This document shows, piece after piece, positions 10,519-20,332 of a DNA stretch of 64,000 nt. How positions within the stretch are numbered: the first letter of the stretch is position 1; every line of letters starts with the position of its first letter. Both the position numbers and the translations under genes were made by a program. Under the pieces are notes generated by a model that saw only the letters and a program-made list of their open reading frames with translations, was not told where the DNA came from and made no database searches. The stretch comes from an uncultured Clostridia bacterium. GTDB lineage: Bacteria; Bacillota; Clostridia; TANB77; CAG-508. The stretch spans positions 23,401 through 87,400 of the forward strand of contig CALXEW010000004.1 in NCBI GenBank assembly GCA_944387435.1, read 5' to 3'.

Positions 10519-10548
10519 TTGACGTAGATAGTTCAAAAATGATATAAT
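10519..10548 (+). promoter_or_regulatory. Sigma-A-like promoter
   Basis: TTGACG, 18-nt spacer ending in TG-a, then TATAAT. Confidence 0.65.
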
Positions 10549-10649
10549 AGAACATGCACTTATTGTAGAATGAGGCTTTAATGAAGAGGAGGTGTCCTTT
10601 TTTGATAGCCTCAAAAAGTGCAGTTCTGCAAACAGATATTGGAGGTATT

Positions 10650-11213
10650 ATGGAGCAGAACAAGATTACTATTGATGGTGAGAGACTTTTTAAGGAGGTG
10701 ACAACTGTGGAACCAAACGAAAGCGGAAATTCAAAGATTGACGAAGTGGAACGGCTCATTAAAGAGCAGTATCCTTGGCAACTAAATGATGCCCAGAATT
10801 TTTATTCAGGGATTATATCTGTAATTCCTGAAGATAGTGAAGAGCAAAGAAAACAGACTGAACGTCAAAGTTTCCTTGCTTGGTTGTCAGATAGGCCACA
10901 GAGAATATATGGTGGTGAGTCTTGGAAAAACTTCGAGTCAATTTTGGATTCATATTCTGAGATGAGTAACATTTGGAAACTCTTAAGGGTGTTCTATAAT
11001 GATGGGGAATATGAAAGGATGACAGAGGAGTTAATGAAGCGTGAAGATCGCGCTACAGAGATTCCTTTACTTATGGTTGTTGATCATCAAGAATATCCTG
11101 AAGCCCTTCACTCGGAAATTCGTCGTGTTTGGTTCTGCAAGCTCAACAAGGAGAAGTCTGTCATTGTCGTAGTGATTGACAGAAGCAAACTTATGGCAAT
11201 GGAGCAAGAGTAA
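10650..11213 (+). CDS. Orphan hypothetical protein, remote paralog of 10009-10431
   Basis: GGAGG RBS before ATG 10650; shared Y.W...D and P..I.GG..W motifs; in-frame CGG at 10752. Confidence 0.7.
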   Translation: MEQNKITIDGERLFKEVTTVEPNESGNSKIDEVERLIKEQYPWQLNDAQNFYSGIISVIPEDSEEQRKQTERQSFLAWLSDRPQRIYGGESWKNFESILDSYSEMSNIWKLLRVFYNDGEYERMTEELMKREDRATEIPLLMVVDHQEYPEALHSEIRRVWFCKLNKEKSVIVVVIDRSKLMAMEQE

Positions 11214-11241
11214 TTGCTTTAAACAAAGTTTGCTATGCGCA

Positions 11242-11279
11242 AATAGAACCCGAGTTTCTATGTAGACTCGGGTTCTATT
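11242..11279. terminator. Bidirectional terminator
   Basis: AATAGAACCCGAGT / ACTCGGGTTCTATT inverted repeat between convergent genes. Confidence 0.8.
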
Positions 11280-11793
11280 CAATTTTTAAATAAGTTTTTT
11301 GAACATATAATTTATTTGCAAAAGACTGAACAACATTACGTAGTAAGTATTGCTCTTTAGAAAGTTTATCATTATTAATATAACTTTCACCAGTGAATGT
11401 CATTTTGATTGCCTTTTCAAGTTCAGAACAAAAACGATTATATGCTTGGTCAATTGGAGAAGTTTTAATTGCAAGTGTAATTAATTTACTTATTTCATCG
11501 ATACTGTAAATTTGTTTTAAAATGAATATAACAAAAAGGTATGCAATATGTTCTTTATTATATTTTTTATTAATAGGAGCATTTACTACTCCATGTTTTA
11601 CATAGTTATTAATCATTGTTTTTGTAATGACTTTGTTTTCTTTTTCATTATCACTTTTTATATAGTTGGTTAAATAATTTTCAAGTAAAGAAACTACTTG
11701 GTCAATATATAAATCTATTTCAGGAATTTCATTCCATCTAGGCAAATGAAATTTATTTATTTCTTCATCTATAGTTTTTTTATCTTTATCCAT
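11275..11793 (-). CDS. DUF1836 family putative regulator
   Basis: LPRWNEIPEIDLYIDQV and TKTMINNYVKHG motifs; divergent from the acyl-CoA synthetase. Confidence 0.85.
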   Translation of the reverse strand: MDKDKKTIDEEINKFHLPRWNEIPEIDLYIDQVVSLLENYLTNYIKSDNEKENKVITKTMINNYVKHGVVNAPINKKYNKEHIAYLFVIFILKQIYSIDEISKLITLAIKTSPIDQAYNRFCSELEKAIKMTFTGESYINNDKLSKEQYLLRNVVQSFANKLYVQKTYLKIE

Positions 11794-11908
11794 GAAATCA
11801 CCTCTATATCAAGGATTATAGCATTTTAAACACGAATAGTCAACTACTTGACAAGTTATATGATATGTGATAATCTAGACTCCGATACTAGATAAAGGAG
11901 ATATTAAT

Positions 11909-13629
11909 ATGAGAGAAAGATATTTTGAAGCTACAGAATTTGAAAATATTAGGGAGATTGTTTATAATTCGGCTGAAAAATATGCAGAAAATAGAGCTTT
12001 TATCTTAAAACGCAAAGAAGGTAAAAATATACAATATGAAAATATAACATATAAGAGATTATTAGAAGAAATAAATAATCTTGGAACTAAATTTTTTAAT
12101 TTAGGATATAAGAATAAAAGAATAGCAATAGTTGGAAGAAATAGTTATGGATGGGCACTTACACATTTAACAAATATGCTTCGGTGGAATTGTGTCAGTT
12201 CCATTAGACAAAGAGCTACAAATAGAAGAACTGGAAAATTCATTAAAAAGAAGTAAAGCAAATATATTGGTATTTGACGAAAAATATGTAGAAAATATTG
12301 AAGAAATAAAAAGAAGAAATAATACTAATTTAGAAGATTATATTTGCATGACTAAGAAAGATGGTTATAAAGATTTAGAAACATTAAAAGAAGAAGGAAG
12401 AAAGTTATTAAAATCAGGAAGTAGAGAGTATATAGATGTAAACATAGATTCATATAAAATGAATATATTACTTTTTACATCAGGTACAACATCGAAATCA
12501 AAGGCGGTTATGCTATCACAAAATAATATTGCATCAAATGTATATGCAATGCAATTAGTAGAAAATTTTTTGCCTACAGATGTGAATTTAGCATTTTTAC
12601 CATTTCACCACATATTTGGCTCAACAGCAATGATAGTGATGCTTGCTTGTGGAATTGCAACAGCATTTCCAGATGGACTTCGCTATGTTGCAGATAACTT
12701 AAAAGAATATAAAGTATCTGTGTTTGTAGGAGTTCCATTATTAGTAGAAGCAATTTATAAAAAAGTAGAGAAGGAAATAGAAAAAAAGGGGAAAACCAAA
12801 GTTGTAAATTTTGCAAAAAAAGTAAGTAATTTATTGTTAAAATTCGATATAGATATAAGGAGAAAAATATTTAAAGAAATAATAGATGAATTAGGGGGAT
12901 ATTTAAGGTTTGTAGTTTCTGGAGGAGCGCCTTTGGATAAGAGAGTAGCAAAGGGATTTAATGAGTTAGGAATAAATTTAGTTCAAGGATATGGACTAAC
13001 GGAAACAGCGCCAGTAATTGCAGCAGAAAATTATAAAAAAGTAAAATATGGCTCAATTGGAATTCCTATGGATAATGTAGAAGTAGAATTCGAAAACAAA
13101 GATGAAAATGGAATAGGAGAGCTTAAAGTAAAAGGTCCAAATATAATGCTTCGGCTACTATGAAAATGAAGAAGCAACAAAAAATGTATTAAAGGATGGA
13201 TGGCTTTATACAGGAGATTTAGGATATATGGATAAAGATGGATTTTTATTTATTACTGGAAGAAAAAAAGATATGATAGTACTTAAAAATGGTAAAAAAG
13301 TATTTCCAGAAGAGTTAGAAATATTAGTAAACAGATTAGATGAAGTAGCAGAATCAATAGTATTTGGAATGCCAGATAAAAAAGATAAAAATGATGTGAA
13401 ATTATCTGTAAAGGTAGTTTATAATAAAGAATATGTAAAAGAAAAATATGGAGATATAAATTTAGAAGAGTTAAAAAATATTATATGGGAGAAGATTAAA
13501 AATATTAATAAAACATTTCCACCATATAAATATATAAAAAATTTGATATTAACTAATAAGGAATTGATAAAAACAACGACTAAAAAAGTAAAAAGACAAG
13601 AAGAAATAAAAAGTATGTTAGAAAGTTAA
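11909..13629 (+). CDS. Long-chain acyl-CoA synthetase (AMP-binding), one gene with two +1 shifts at CGG 12182 and 13152 (572 aa when joined)
   Basis: Three ORF pieces join in register as ML-G-GIVSVPLD and GPNIML-G-YYENEEAT; FTSGTT, QGYGLTE and TGDLG motifs. Confidence 0.9.
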
Positions 13630-13633
13630 AAAC

Positions 13634-13672
13634 AGAAGATGTTTTTTAGGACGGGCTCAAAAAACATCTTCT
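13634..13672. repeat. GGACGGG-core palindromic repeat, copy 2 (probably also a bidirectional terminator)
   Basis: agaagatgtttttt-aggacgggctc-aaaaaacatcttct between convergent genes. Confidence 0.85.
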
Positions 13673-14024
13673 AAATTTCTATAATTTTTAAATTGAATTT
13701 ATCTTCAAATACCTTTTTTTTAGCAATATATTCTTTAGTTTTAAATCCTTTAACATCTATAACTTCAGTAGAACCATCTTTATTAAAAATAATAAAATCA
13801 GGCTTGTATTTTAAACCAGGAGCAAGTATAAAAATTGGTTGTAAGCAAAAACCATTAATTTCTTTTGCTTGTAATTTTATTTTTAATTCACAATAAAAAT
13901 CAGCTTCTTTTTGACTATCGAATGTATGACCATCAACAGAAACCTTATTTGCTCTATATTTGCTTTTCTTTTTTATTTTACTATTAGTGAAATTTTTATA
14001 ATCTTCAATACTCCAGTGTTCCAT
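13671..14024 (-). CDS. DUF1064 family PD-(D/E)xK-like protein
   Basis: SKYRANKVSVDGHTFDSQKEA, YKPDF and VIDVKG motifs. Confidence 0.85.
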   Translation of the reverse strand: MEHWSIEDYKNFTNSKIKKKSKYRANKVSVDGHTFDSQKEADFYCELKIKLQAKEINGFCLQPIFILAPGLKYKPDFIIFNKDGSTEVIDVKGFKTKEYIAKKKVFEDKFNLKIIEI

Positions 14025-14178
14025 AAATTTCTCCTTTTGTTTAATCTTTAGACATTATATATAAAAACAAAAGAATGTGCAAGTAAAGGTGAAATAATTT
14101 TAAAAAACAATTGTAGTTTTTAATGAAAAATAGTATAATATGAATACTAAAAAATAAGAAAGAGGTAAAATATAAATA

Positions 14179-14764
14179 ATGCGGAAATAGTTTAATATAT
14201 GGAAAGAATGTATATGGTGGTAGAGAACATAAAGGAAAAAGCTTATTAAAATGGGTAGATAATTATGTATTAGTTGATATAGAAACAACAGGATTATCTC
14301 CAAGAATTGATGAAATAATAGAAATTGGAGCCATAAAAGTAAGAGAAAATGAAATAGTTGAAACATATAATACACTTCTTAGAATAGACAGAAGTTTAAG
14401 TCCTTTTATTACAAAATTAACGGGTATTACAAATGAAATGTTACAAGAAGGCATAAAACAAGAAAAGGCGCTAGAAGGATTTGTAGACTTTGCAGGAAAC
14501 GAAATAATAATGGGGCATAATGTTAATTTTGATATTAACTTTATTTATGATAAATGCAAGTCTTATTTAGATTATAATTTATCTAATGATTTTGTAGATA
14601 CTATGAGAATTGCAAAACATGTGCTTCCTAATGTTAGAAACTACAAATTGGGAACATTAGCTGATTATTTTGATGTGGATTATAGAAATGCCCATAGAGG
14701 TTTAACTGATGTTGAGATAACTTATGAAGTATATAATAAGATGAAGGAATTAGCTAATAAATAA
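14179..14764 (+). CDS. DEDDh 3'-5' exonuclease (DnaQ/PolC-exo-like); +1 shift at codon 2 (ATG-CGG), 194 aa when joined
   Basis: ExoI DIETTG, GHNVNFD and HRGLTD motifs. The exonuclease frame has no ATG/GTG/TTG before ExoI and is closed by TAA at 14177. AGAGG RBS precedes ATG 14179. Confidence 0.8.
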
Positions 14765-14818
14765 AAAACTACAGAAAAATATATTAAGTAAGGTATTGTT
14801 AATGTAAAAATAAAATTG

Positions 14819-14846
14819 TAGTTACTAGAAATAGTAACTATTTTTT
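14819..14846 (+). terminator. Intrinsic terminator
   Basis: TAGTTACTA-gaaa-TAGTAACTA plus T6. Confidence 0.65.
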
Positions 14847-14934
14847 GAAGAAATAAAACATAAAAAATCTTGGAAAATATAAAAATATGTGAAATAATGT
14901 TTTTAGTAAATAAAAGTTATTTTAAGGAGAAAAT

Positions 14935-15831
14935 ATGGTACCAGAATTTTTAATAGAAAAGTTAGAAAAACAATATGGGGAACAATTAAGTAAAAAAATA
15001 CTAGAAGGGTATGGAGTAGAAAGGAAAGTAACATTTAGAGTAAATACTTTAAAATCAAATGTTAGTAATGTAGAGGAAGTATTAGAAAAAAATGGAATTG
15101 AATACAAGAAAGCTCCGTTTTATTCTGATGCATTTATTGTTCAAAATGCAAGAGAAAATGAAATTAGGCAGCTAGATGTTTATAAAAATGGTGAAATATA
15201 TATGCAAAGTTTATCTTCAATGCTTCCACCAATAATATTAAATGCAAAAGAAAATATGGATATATTAGATATGACAGCAGCTCCAGGAGGAAAAACAACA
15301 GAGATTGCAACACTGGTAGGAAATAAAGCAAATATAACAGCTGTAGAAATGAACAAAATAAGAGCAGAAAAACTTAAATATAATTTAGAAAAACAAGGTG
15401 CTACTTGTGTATATGTAATGGAGCAAGATGCAAGAAAAATAGATAACTTTTTCTCATTTGATAGTATTTTATTAGATGCACCTTGTTCAGGAAGCGGAAC
15501 ATTGTATGCTGAAGATTTTAAGTTAGAAAAAGTATTTACAGAAGAACTTATAAAAAAATCTGTAAAAACTCAAGGACAGTTGTTAAGAAAAGCAATTAAT
15601 ATATTAAAAAAAGGAAGTGAAATGGTATATTCTACTTGTTCAATATTACAAGAGGAAAATGAAGAAATAATAAATGGAGCATTAAAGAGTGGAAAAGTTG
15701 AAATAGTAGATATTAACTTTCTTGGGATAGAAGAATTACCAAAACTTCCAACTAAGATAGATAGAACTTTGTGTGTCATGCCAAACGAAGAGTATGAAGG
15801 ATTTTTTGTAGCAAAGTTGAAAAAAATATAA
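14935..15831 (+). CDS. RsmB/RsmF/NOP2 family rRNA cytosine-C5 methyltransferase
   Basis: DMTAAPGGKT, LLDAPCSG and YSTCS motifs. Confidence 0.92.
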   Translation: MVPEFLIEKLEKQYGEQLSKKILEGYGVERKVTFRVNTLKSNVSNVEEVLEKNGIEYKKAPFYSDAFIVQNARENEIRQLDVYKNGEIYMQSLSSMLPPIILNAKENMDILDMTAAPGGKTTEIATLVGNKANITAVEMNKIRAEKLKYNLEKQGATCVYVMEQDARKIDNFFSFDSILLDAPCSGSGTLYAEDFKLEKVFTEELIKKSVKTQGQLLRKAINILKKGSEMVYSTCSILQEENEEIINGALKSGKVEIVDINFLGIEELPKLPTKIDRTLCVMPNEEYEGFFVAKLKKI

Positions 15832-15888
15832 AATCTTGTAACAAAATCACATTTCTTATACACTAAAGTTATAGAAGGGGGAAATGTT

Positions 15889-16386
15889 ATGCAGGATATA
15901 GAAAAGATTTATCAAGAGCATGCAAGAACTGTATATAAGTATATATTCTGTTTGACAGGAAATAAAGAGTTGTCAGAAGAAATTGTCCAAGAAACCTTTG
16001 AAGTTGCAATAAAAAATATTAATAAATTCAAAGGTGAATGTAAAATTTCTACATGGCTTTGCCAAATTGCTAAGTATATCTGGTATAAAAACTTAAAAAA
16101 GGAAAAGAAAGTAGAAAATATTTCTTTTGAGTCTATTGAGAACATGGTTGTTTCTGATTTTGCATTGGAAGATGCAATTTTAGAAAAACAAGAAAAAATA
16201 GAAGTTTTTAAGAAAATACAAAAACTAGATGAGCAAACAAGAGATGTTATGTATTTAAGAATATTAGGTAATTTGGATTATAAAGAGATAGCAGAAGTAA
16301 TGGATAAAACACCTACTTGGGCAAGAGTTGTATTCTTCCGTGGAAAACAAAAATTAAAGGAGGAAAATAATGAAAAAAGAATGTGA
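15889..16386 (+). CDS. ECF RNA polymerase sigma factor
   Basis: EEIVQETF, TWLCQIAK and region-4 YKEIAEVM. Confidence 0.9.
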   Translation: MQDIEKIYQEHARTVYKYIFCLTGNKELSEEIVQETFEVAIKNINKFKGECKISTWLCQIAKYIWYKNLKKEKKVENISFESIENMVVSDFALEDAILEKQEKIEVFKKIQKLDEQTRDVMYLRILGNLDYKEIAEVMDKTPTWARVVFFRGKQKLKEENNEKRM

Positions 16387-17026
16387 AATAGTACAAGATT
16401 TGTTATTTGGATATCAAGATGGAACATTACATAAAGCATCTGAAGAATTAGTGGAAAAACATTTGAAAGAATGTGAAGAATGTAAAAAAGTATTTGCTGA
16501 AATGATAAAAGATAAAGAAGATAAAAGTAAGCAAAAACAAGAAATTGATTATTTGAAAAATGTAAAAAGGAAAATGAGTAAAAAGAATAAATTAATTGTA
16601 ATAATAGGGATTTTTCTTTTTATTATCATATTATTTAATATAGGAATATTTGCTTATTATTATCATGAAGCGGGAAAAGTAGAAATTTATTTAGATGACG
16701 ATATAACAGAAGAACAACTTGACGAAATAAGAAATACAATACTTGGGATTGATAATAATGCTAAATTTGAATATTATTCGAAAGAAGATGCTTTAAATCA
16801 AATGAAGGAAAAATTTAAAGATAATGGAGATTTACTATCAGGATATGGTGGTGAAAATAATCCTTTAAATGCATATATTGTTGTAGATACAAGTATAGAA
16901 AATGTAAGAAGAATAGTAAATTTGGAAGAATCTTTACATGGAGTAAAAAAGATAATTAATGTATTAGATACTAATCCATATTTATTTATATTTTCAAAAG
17001 CTATGATAGAGATACAAAATAATTAA
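16370..17026 (+). CDS. Zf-HC2 anti-sigma factor with TM helix and FtsX-extracellular-like domain
   Basis: CEIVQDLL...HLKECEEC; TM segment; YYSKEDALNQMKE...NPL resembles the FtsX ECD. Confidence 0.75.
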   Translation: MKKECEIVQDLLFGYQDGTLHKASEELVEKHLKECEECKKVFAEMIKDKEDKSKQKQEIDYLKNVKRKMSKKNKLIVIIGIFLFIIILFNIGIFAYYYHEAGKVEIYLDDDITEEQLDEIRNTILGIDNNAKFEYYSKEDALNQMKEKFKDNGDLLSGYGGENNPLNAYIVVDTSIENVRRIVNLEESLHGVKKIINVLDTNPYLFIFSKAMIEIQNN

Positions 17027-17064
17027 CAATTTAAATTTACTTGGAACAACTTATAAAATATAGT

Positions 17065-17110
17065 AAGATACAATAGTAACATGTTTTTGATACTATTGTA
17101 TCTTTTATTT
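17065..17110 (+). terminator. Intrinsic terminator
   Basis: AAGATACAATAGTA / TACTATTGTATCTT inverted repeat plus T-run. Confidence 0.7.
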
Positions 17111-17427
17111 TATTCCAAAATTTTAAAATCATAATTTCCAAAAGAAAGAAAAATTATAAAAAAGAACTAAATATTAGTAAAGAAGAATTAGAAAGACTAA
17201 AAATACAAATAGGATAAAGAAATGCTAAACATAAAGAATTGAAAAATTTCTTGAGAAATTTGTAATAAAAATCATTATGAGTTGCAAAATAAGTAGTGAA
17301 GTAGTACTTTATAATAATTAATTTTTAGTGAAAATTTTGTTAACTATTAGTAAAAATTTTAAAAAACTATTGCAAACAAAAAAACTAAATGGTATAATAC
17401 CTTTAGATTGAAAAAGGAGGATTGGAA

Positions 17428-17955
17428 ATGAAAAAATTATTAACAAGTGTATTACTAATGGTAATGTTAGTAATGGTAGTAGTACCTTTTGTAAACGCTG
17501 CAACATCTGATACTTTAGCTGATGATTTATATGCAAAATTATCTGCATATGGAATGACTTCAGCAGAGAAAGTTAAAGTAGAAAGATACTTAGCTGATAA
17601 TACAGTAACAGATGAACAAGCTAATGCAATATTAGCAAAAGCAGATGAAGCAATTGCAATAATGGATGCTGAAGGAACAAAAAATATTAGTGAACTTTCA
17701 GAAGAAGCAAAAAATAAAATTATAGCTATTGCTCAAGAAGCTGCATCAACAGTTGGTTTAACATTAGTGTTCAAATCAGGAACTGTAGAAGTTTACAAAG
17801 ATGGTGTATTAATTGAAACTGCTACATTAAGTAATGGCGACAAATTAGTTTACACAGGAAATAATATAAATGTAGTTCTAATTGTTGCTACAGTAGCTGT
17901 AATTGCCCTAGCTACAACATTTGTTGTTAGAAAAAGAATGACAGTTGGAGCATAA
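17428..17955 (+). CDS. Secreted protein with sortase-type C-terminal anchor (LVYTG)
   Basis: Signal peptide; LVYTG, hydrophobic helix and RKR tail; directly upstream of the sortase. Confidence 0.75.
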   Translation: MKKLLTSVLLMVMLVMVVVPFVNAATSDTLADDLYAKLSAYGMTSAEKVKVERYLADNTVTDEQANAILAKADEAIAIMDAEGTKNISELSEEAKNKIIAIAQEAASTVGLTLVFKSGTVEVYKDGVLIETATLSNGDKLVYTGNNINVVLIVATVAVIALATTFVVRKRMTVGA

Positions 17956-17959
17956 GTAA

Positions 17960-18568
17960 ATGAAAAAATTTGTAAAGGCAACTATTATTGATGTGATAGT
18001 TGCTTTATTAATTTTAGCAGTAATTATTTTTTCTATCTATATATTTCTAGGGCAAGTTATAGAAGAAAATATTTCACTAATTAATCAAGTAGCTATAAAA
18101 ATGGAAAATAATACTGAACAAAAAGAAATGGAATTAAATGAAAATAATAGATTACAAAATTATCCAGAATATGGAACACAATATGCAACTATTGAAATAC
18201 CTAAAATAGATATAAATCTACCAGTATATTATGGGGATACTTTAGAAATCTTAAAAAAAGGAGTTGGCCATTCAAGTGGTAGTTACTTCCCAGGAGAAGG
18301 TGGATCTATTGTTTATATGGGACATAATTCTAGAAATGTTTTTAGAAGATTTTCTGAATTACAGCTAGGAAATGAAATAAAAGTAACTACTAGTTATGGA
18401 GAATTTAATTATAGAATTTATGATATGCAATTAATTAACGAAACAGAAACAGATAAATTACCAATTCAAAGAGAAAAAGAGATATTAATGGTTTATACAT
18501 GCTATCCATTTAATAATATAGGATATGCAACACAAAGATATGTAGTGTACGCAGAATTAGTAGAATAG
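17960..18568 (+). CDS. Sortase (class D-like)
   Basis: GVGH, GHN and YTCYPF...RYVVYA catalytic motifs. Confidence 0.9.
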   Translation: MKKFVKATIIDVIVALLILAVIIFSIYIFLGQVIEENISLINQVAIKMENNTEQKEMELNENNRLQNYPEYGTQYATIEIPKIDINLPVYYGDTLEILKKGVGHSSGSYFPGEGGSIVYMGHNSRNVFRRFSELQLGNEIKVTTSYGEFNYRIYDMQLINETETDKLPIQREKEILMVYTCYPFNNIGYATQRYVVYAELVE

Positions 18569-18579
18569 GAGGGGAATTT

Positions 18580-19455
18580 ATGAATACAGTAATTAAAATA
18601 TTTAAATTTATATTAATGATAATATTAACAGTTTCAATTATTTCCATGGTATTTATAAATTTGGTTAGTTCTACTGTTTTAAATAAAGAATACATATTAG
18701 GAAAATTAGATGAAACTTTTTATTATATGGATATTAGAGAAGAGTTAGAGAATAATTTTGAGAATTATATTGGACAGTCAGGATTTGAAGAAGAAGTATT
18801 ACAAAATATTGTGACAGAAGATAAAATTAAGGAAGATACTGGTATAATATTAAGTAATATTTATGATGGAACTTCACAAGAAATATCTACAGAAGAAATA
18901 GAACAAAATTTAAGAACAAATATTGAAAATTCATTAGATACTGATTTAACAGCAACACAAGAGAAAATGGTAGACCAATATGTGAAAACAATTTGTGACC
19001 AATATTTAAATACTATGTCTCATACAAGTTATGAAAATGATATTCATAATATGATAACAAAAGTTAATGAATATATTGGATTAGCAAATAAAGTAATTAT
19101 AATTGCTATTGTTATATCGGCATTGCTTATTGTAATATCTGATTATAAGAAAATAGTGAAAGCTTTATCTCATTTGGGAATAAGTTTATTTACTTCTGGA
19201 ATTTTCGGAATTATAGTATATATTTATATAAACATTAAAGTTAAAATTGATAATATATTGATTTTAAATGATGCCATATCAGAAGTTATTAGAAATGTAT
19301 TAAATAATATATTATCAACTGCTAGAAACCAAGGAATAACCTTGTTGGTGATAGGTGTAGCTATGATTTTAATAGGAAATGGAATATATGCATACTTAAA
19401 TAGAAAACAAGGAAAAGACAATGAACAAGAAATAATAGACAAGACAGGAATGTAG
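18580..19455 (+). CDS. Hypothetical membrane protein
   Basis: N-terminal TM, extracellular domain, three C-terminal TMs. Confidence 0.75.
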   Translation: MNTVIKIFKFILMIILTVSIISMVFINLVSSTVLNKEYILGKLDETFYYMDIREELENNFENYIGQSGFEEEVLQNIVTEDKIKEDTGIILSNIYDGTSQEISTEEIEQNLRTNIENSLDTDLTATQEKMVDQYVKTICDQYLNTMSHTSYENDIHNMITKVNEYIGLANKVIIIAIVISALLIVISDYKKIVKALSHLGISLFTSGIFGIIVYIYINIKVKIDNILILNDAISEVIRNVLNNILSTARNQGITLLVIGVAMILIGNGIYAYLNRKQGKDNEQEIIDKTGM

Positions 19456-19461
19456 CGTGAA

Positions 19462-19989
19462 ATGAAAAACAACTTTAAAATTAATATATTAAGAACAATA
19501 CTTGTGGTTTTACTAATAGGGACATTTGGCATCATCTTTGGATTTTCTAGCCAAGATGCTAAAGAATCAAGTGGAGTAAGTAAAAAAGTAACTGAGGCAA
19601 TAACTAGTGGAATAAAATCCATACAAGAAAAACCACAAAACGAAAAAATAAAAATACTTTCCAAGATAGAGCATATTATAAGGAAAATAGCACATTTTTC
19701 TATTTATACAGTTGTTGGAATTTTACTTATGTCATTATGTAAGACTTTCGACATTAGAGAAATAAATAGATTAAGTGTTAGCTTAATAATTGGTGTAATT
19801 TATGCTGCGTCAGATGAAATACACCAGTGTTTTACACCAGGAAGAGGGCCACATGTTACAGATGTAATGATAGATACAATGGGTGTTCTACTTGGAATAT
19901 TGCTTGTTATGCTAGTAGTAAAGACGTATGTGAAGATGACAGGAAAAAAGGATGACAAGAAATTAAAAAAAGAGATAATTAATAATTGA
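19462..19989 (+). CDS. VanZ family protein
   Basis: IRKIAHF and YAASDEIHQCFTPGR...DVMID motifs. Confidence 0.9.
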   Translation: MKNNFKINILRTILVVLLIGTFGIIFGFSSQDAKESSGVSKKVTEAITSGIKSIQEKPQNEKIKILSKIEHIIRKIAHFSIYTVVGILLMSLCKTFDIREINRLSVSLIIGVIYAASDEIHQCFTPGRGPHVTDVMIDTMGVLLGILLVMLVVKTYVKMTGKKDDKKLKKEIINN

Positions 19990-20332
19990 AATAGAAAAAT
20001 AAGGATACTTCCTATTCGTGAAAAAAGATGCAAATAGGAAGTATTTTTATGCTAAAAATCATGTAAAAAGTTCAATTAATTAAAGAAATTTTAAAAATGA
20101 TTTATGAAACAATTAAATTTATGTGGCTAATTATTAGTTAAAATAAAAAAATAACCCATTTTAGATTAGAAAATTAGCATAAAGTACTTGAAAGTATGGC
20201 TATATAGTGATAAAATAAAAAAGTGAGAGATTGTGTCGAAATTGGAAAAAAGTAACACAAAAAAATTATTGAAAATAAGCATTTAAAAAAGTATAATGAA
20301 TATGTAATAATGGAAAAGGAATAGAGGGGAAA

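Noticed and set aside
13671..14024. Prophage around the DUF1064 gene
   Set aside because: Isolated gene; no integrase, structural or other phage genes nearby.
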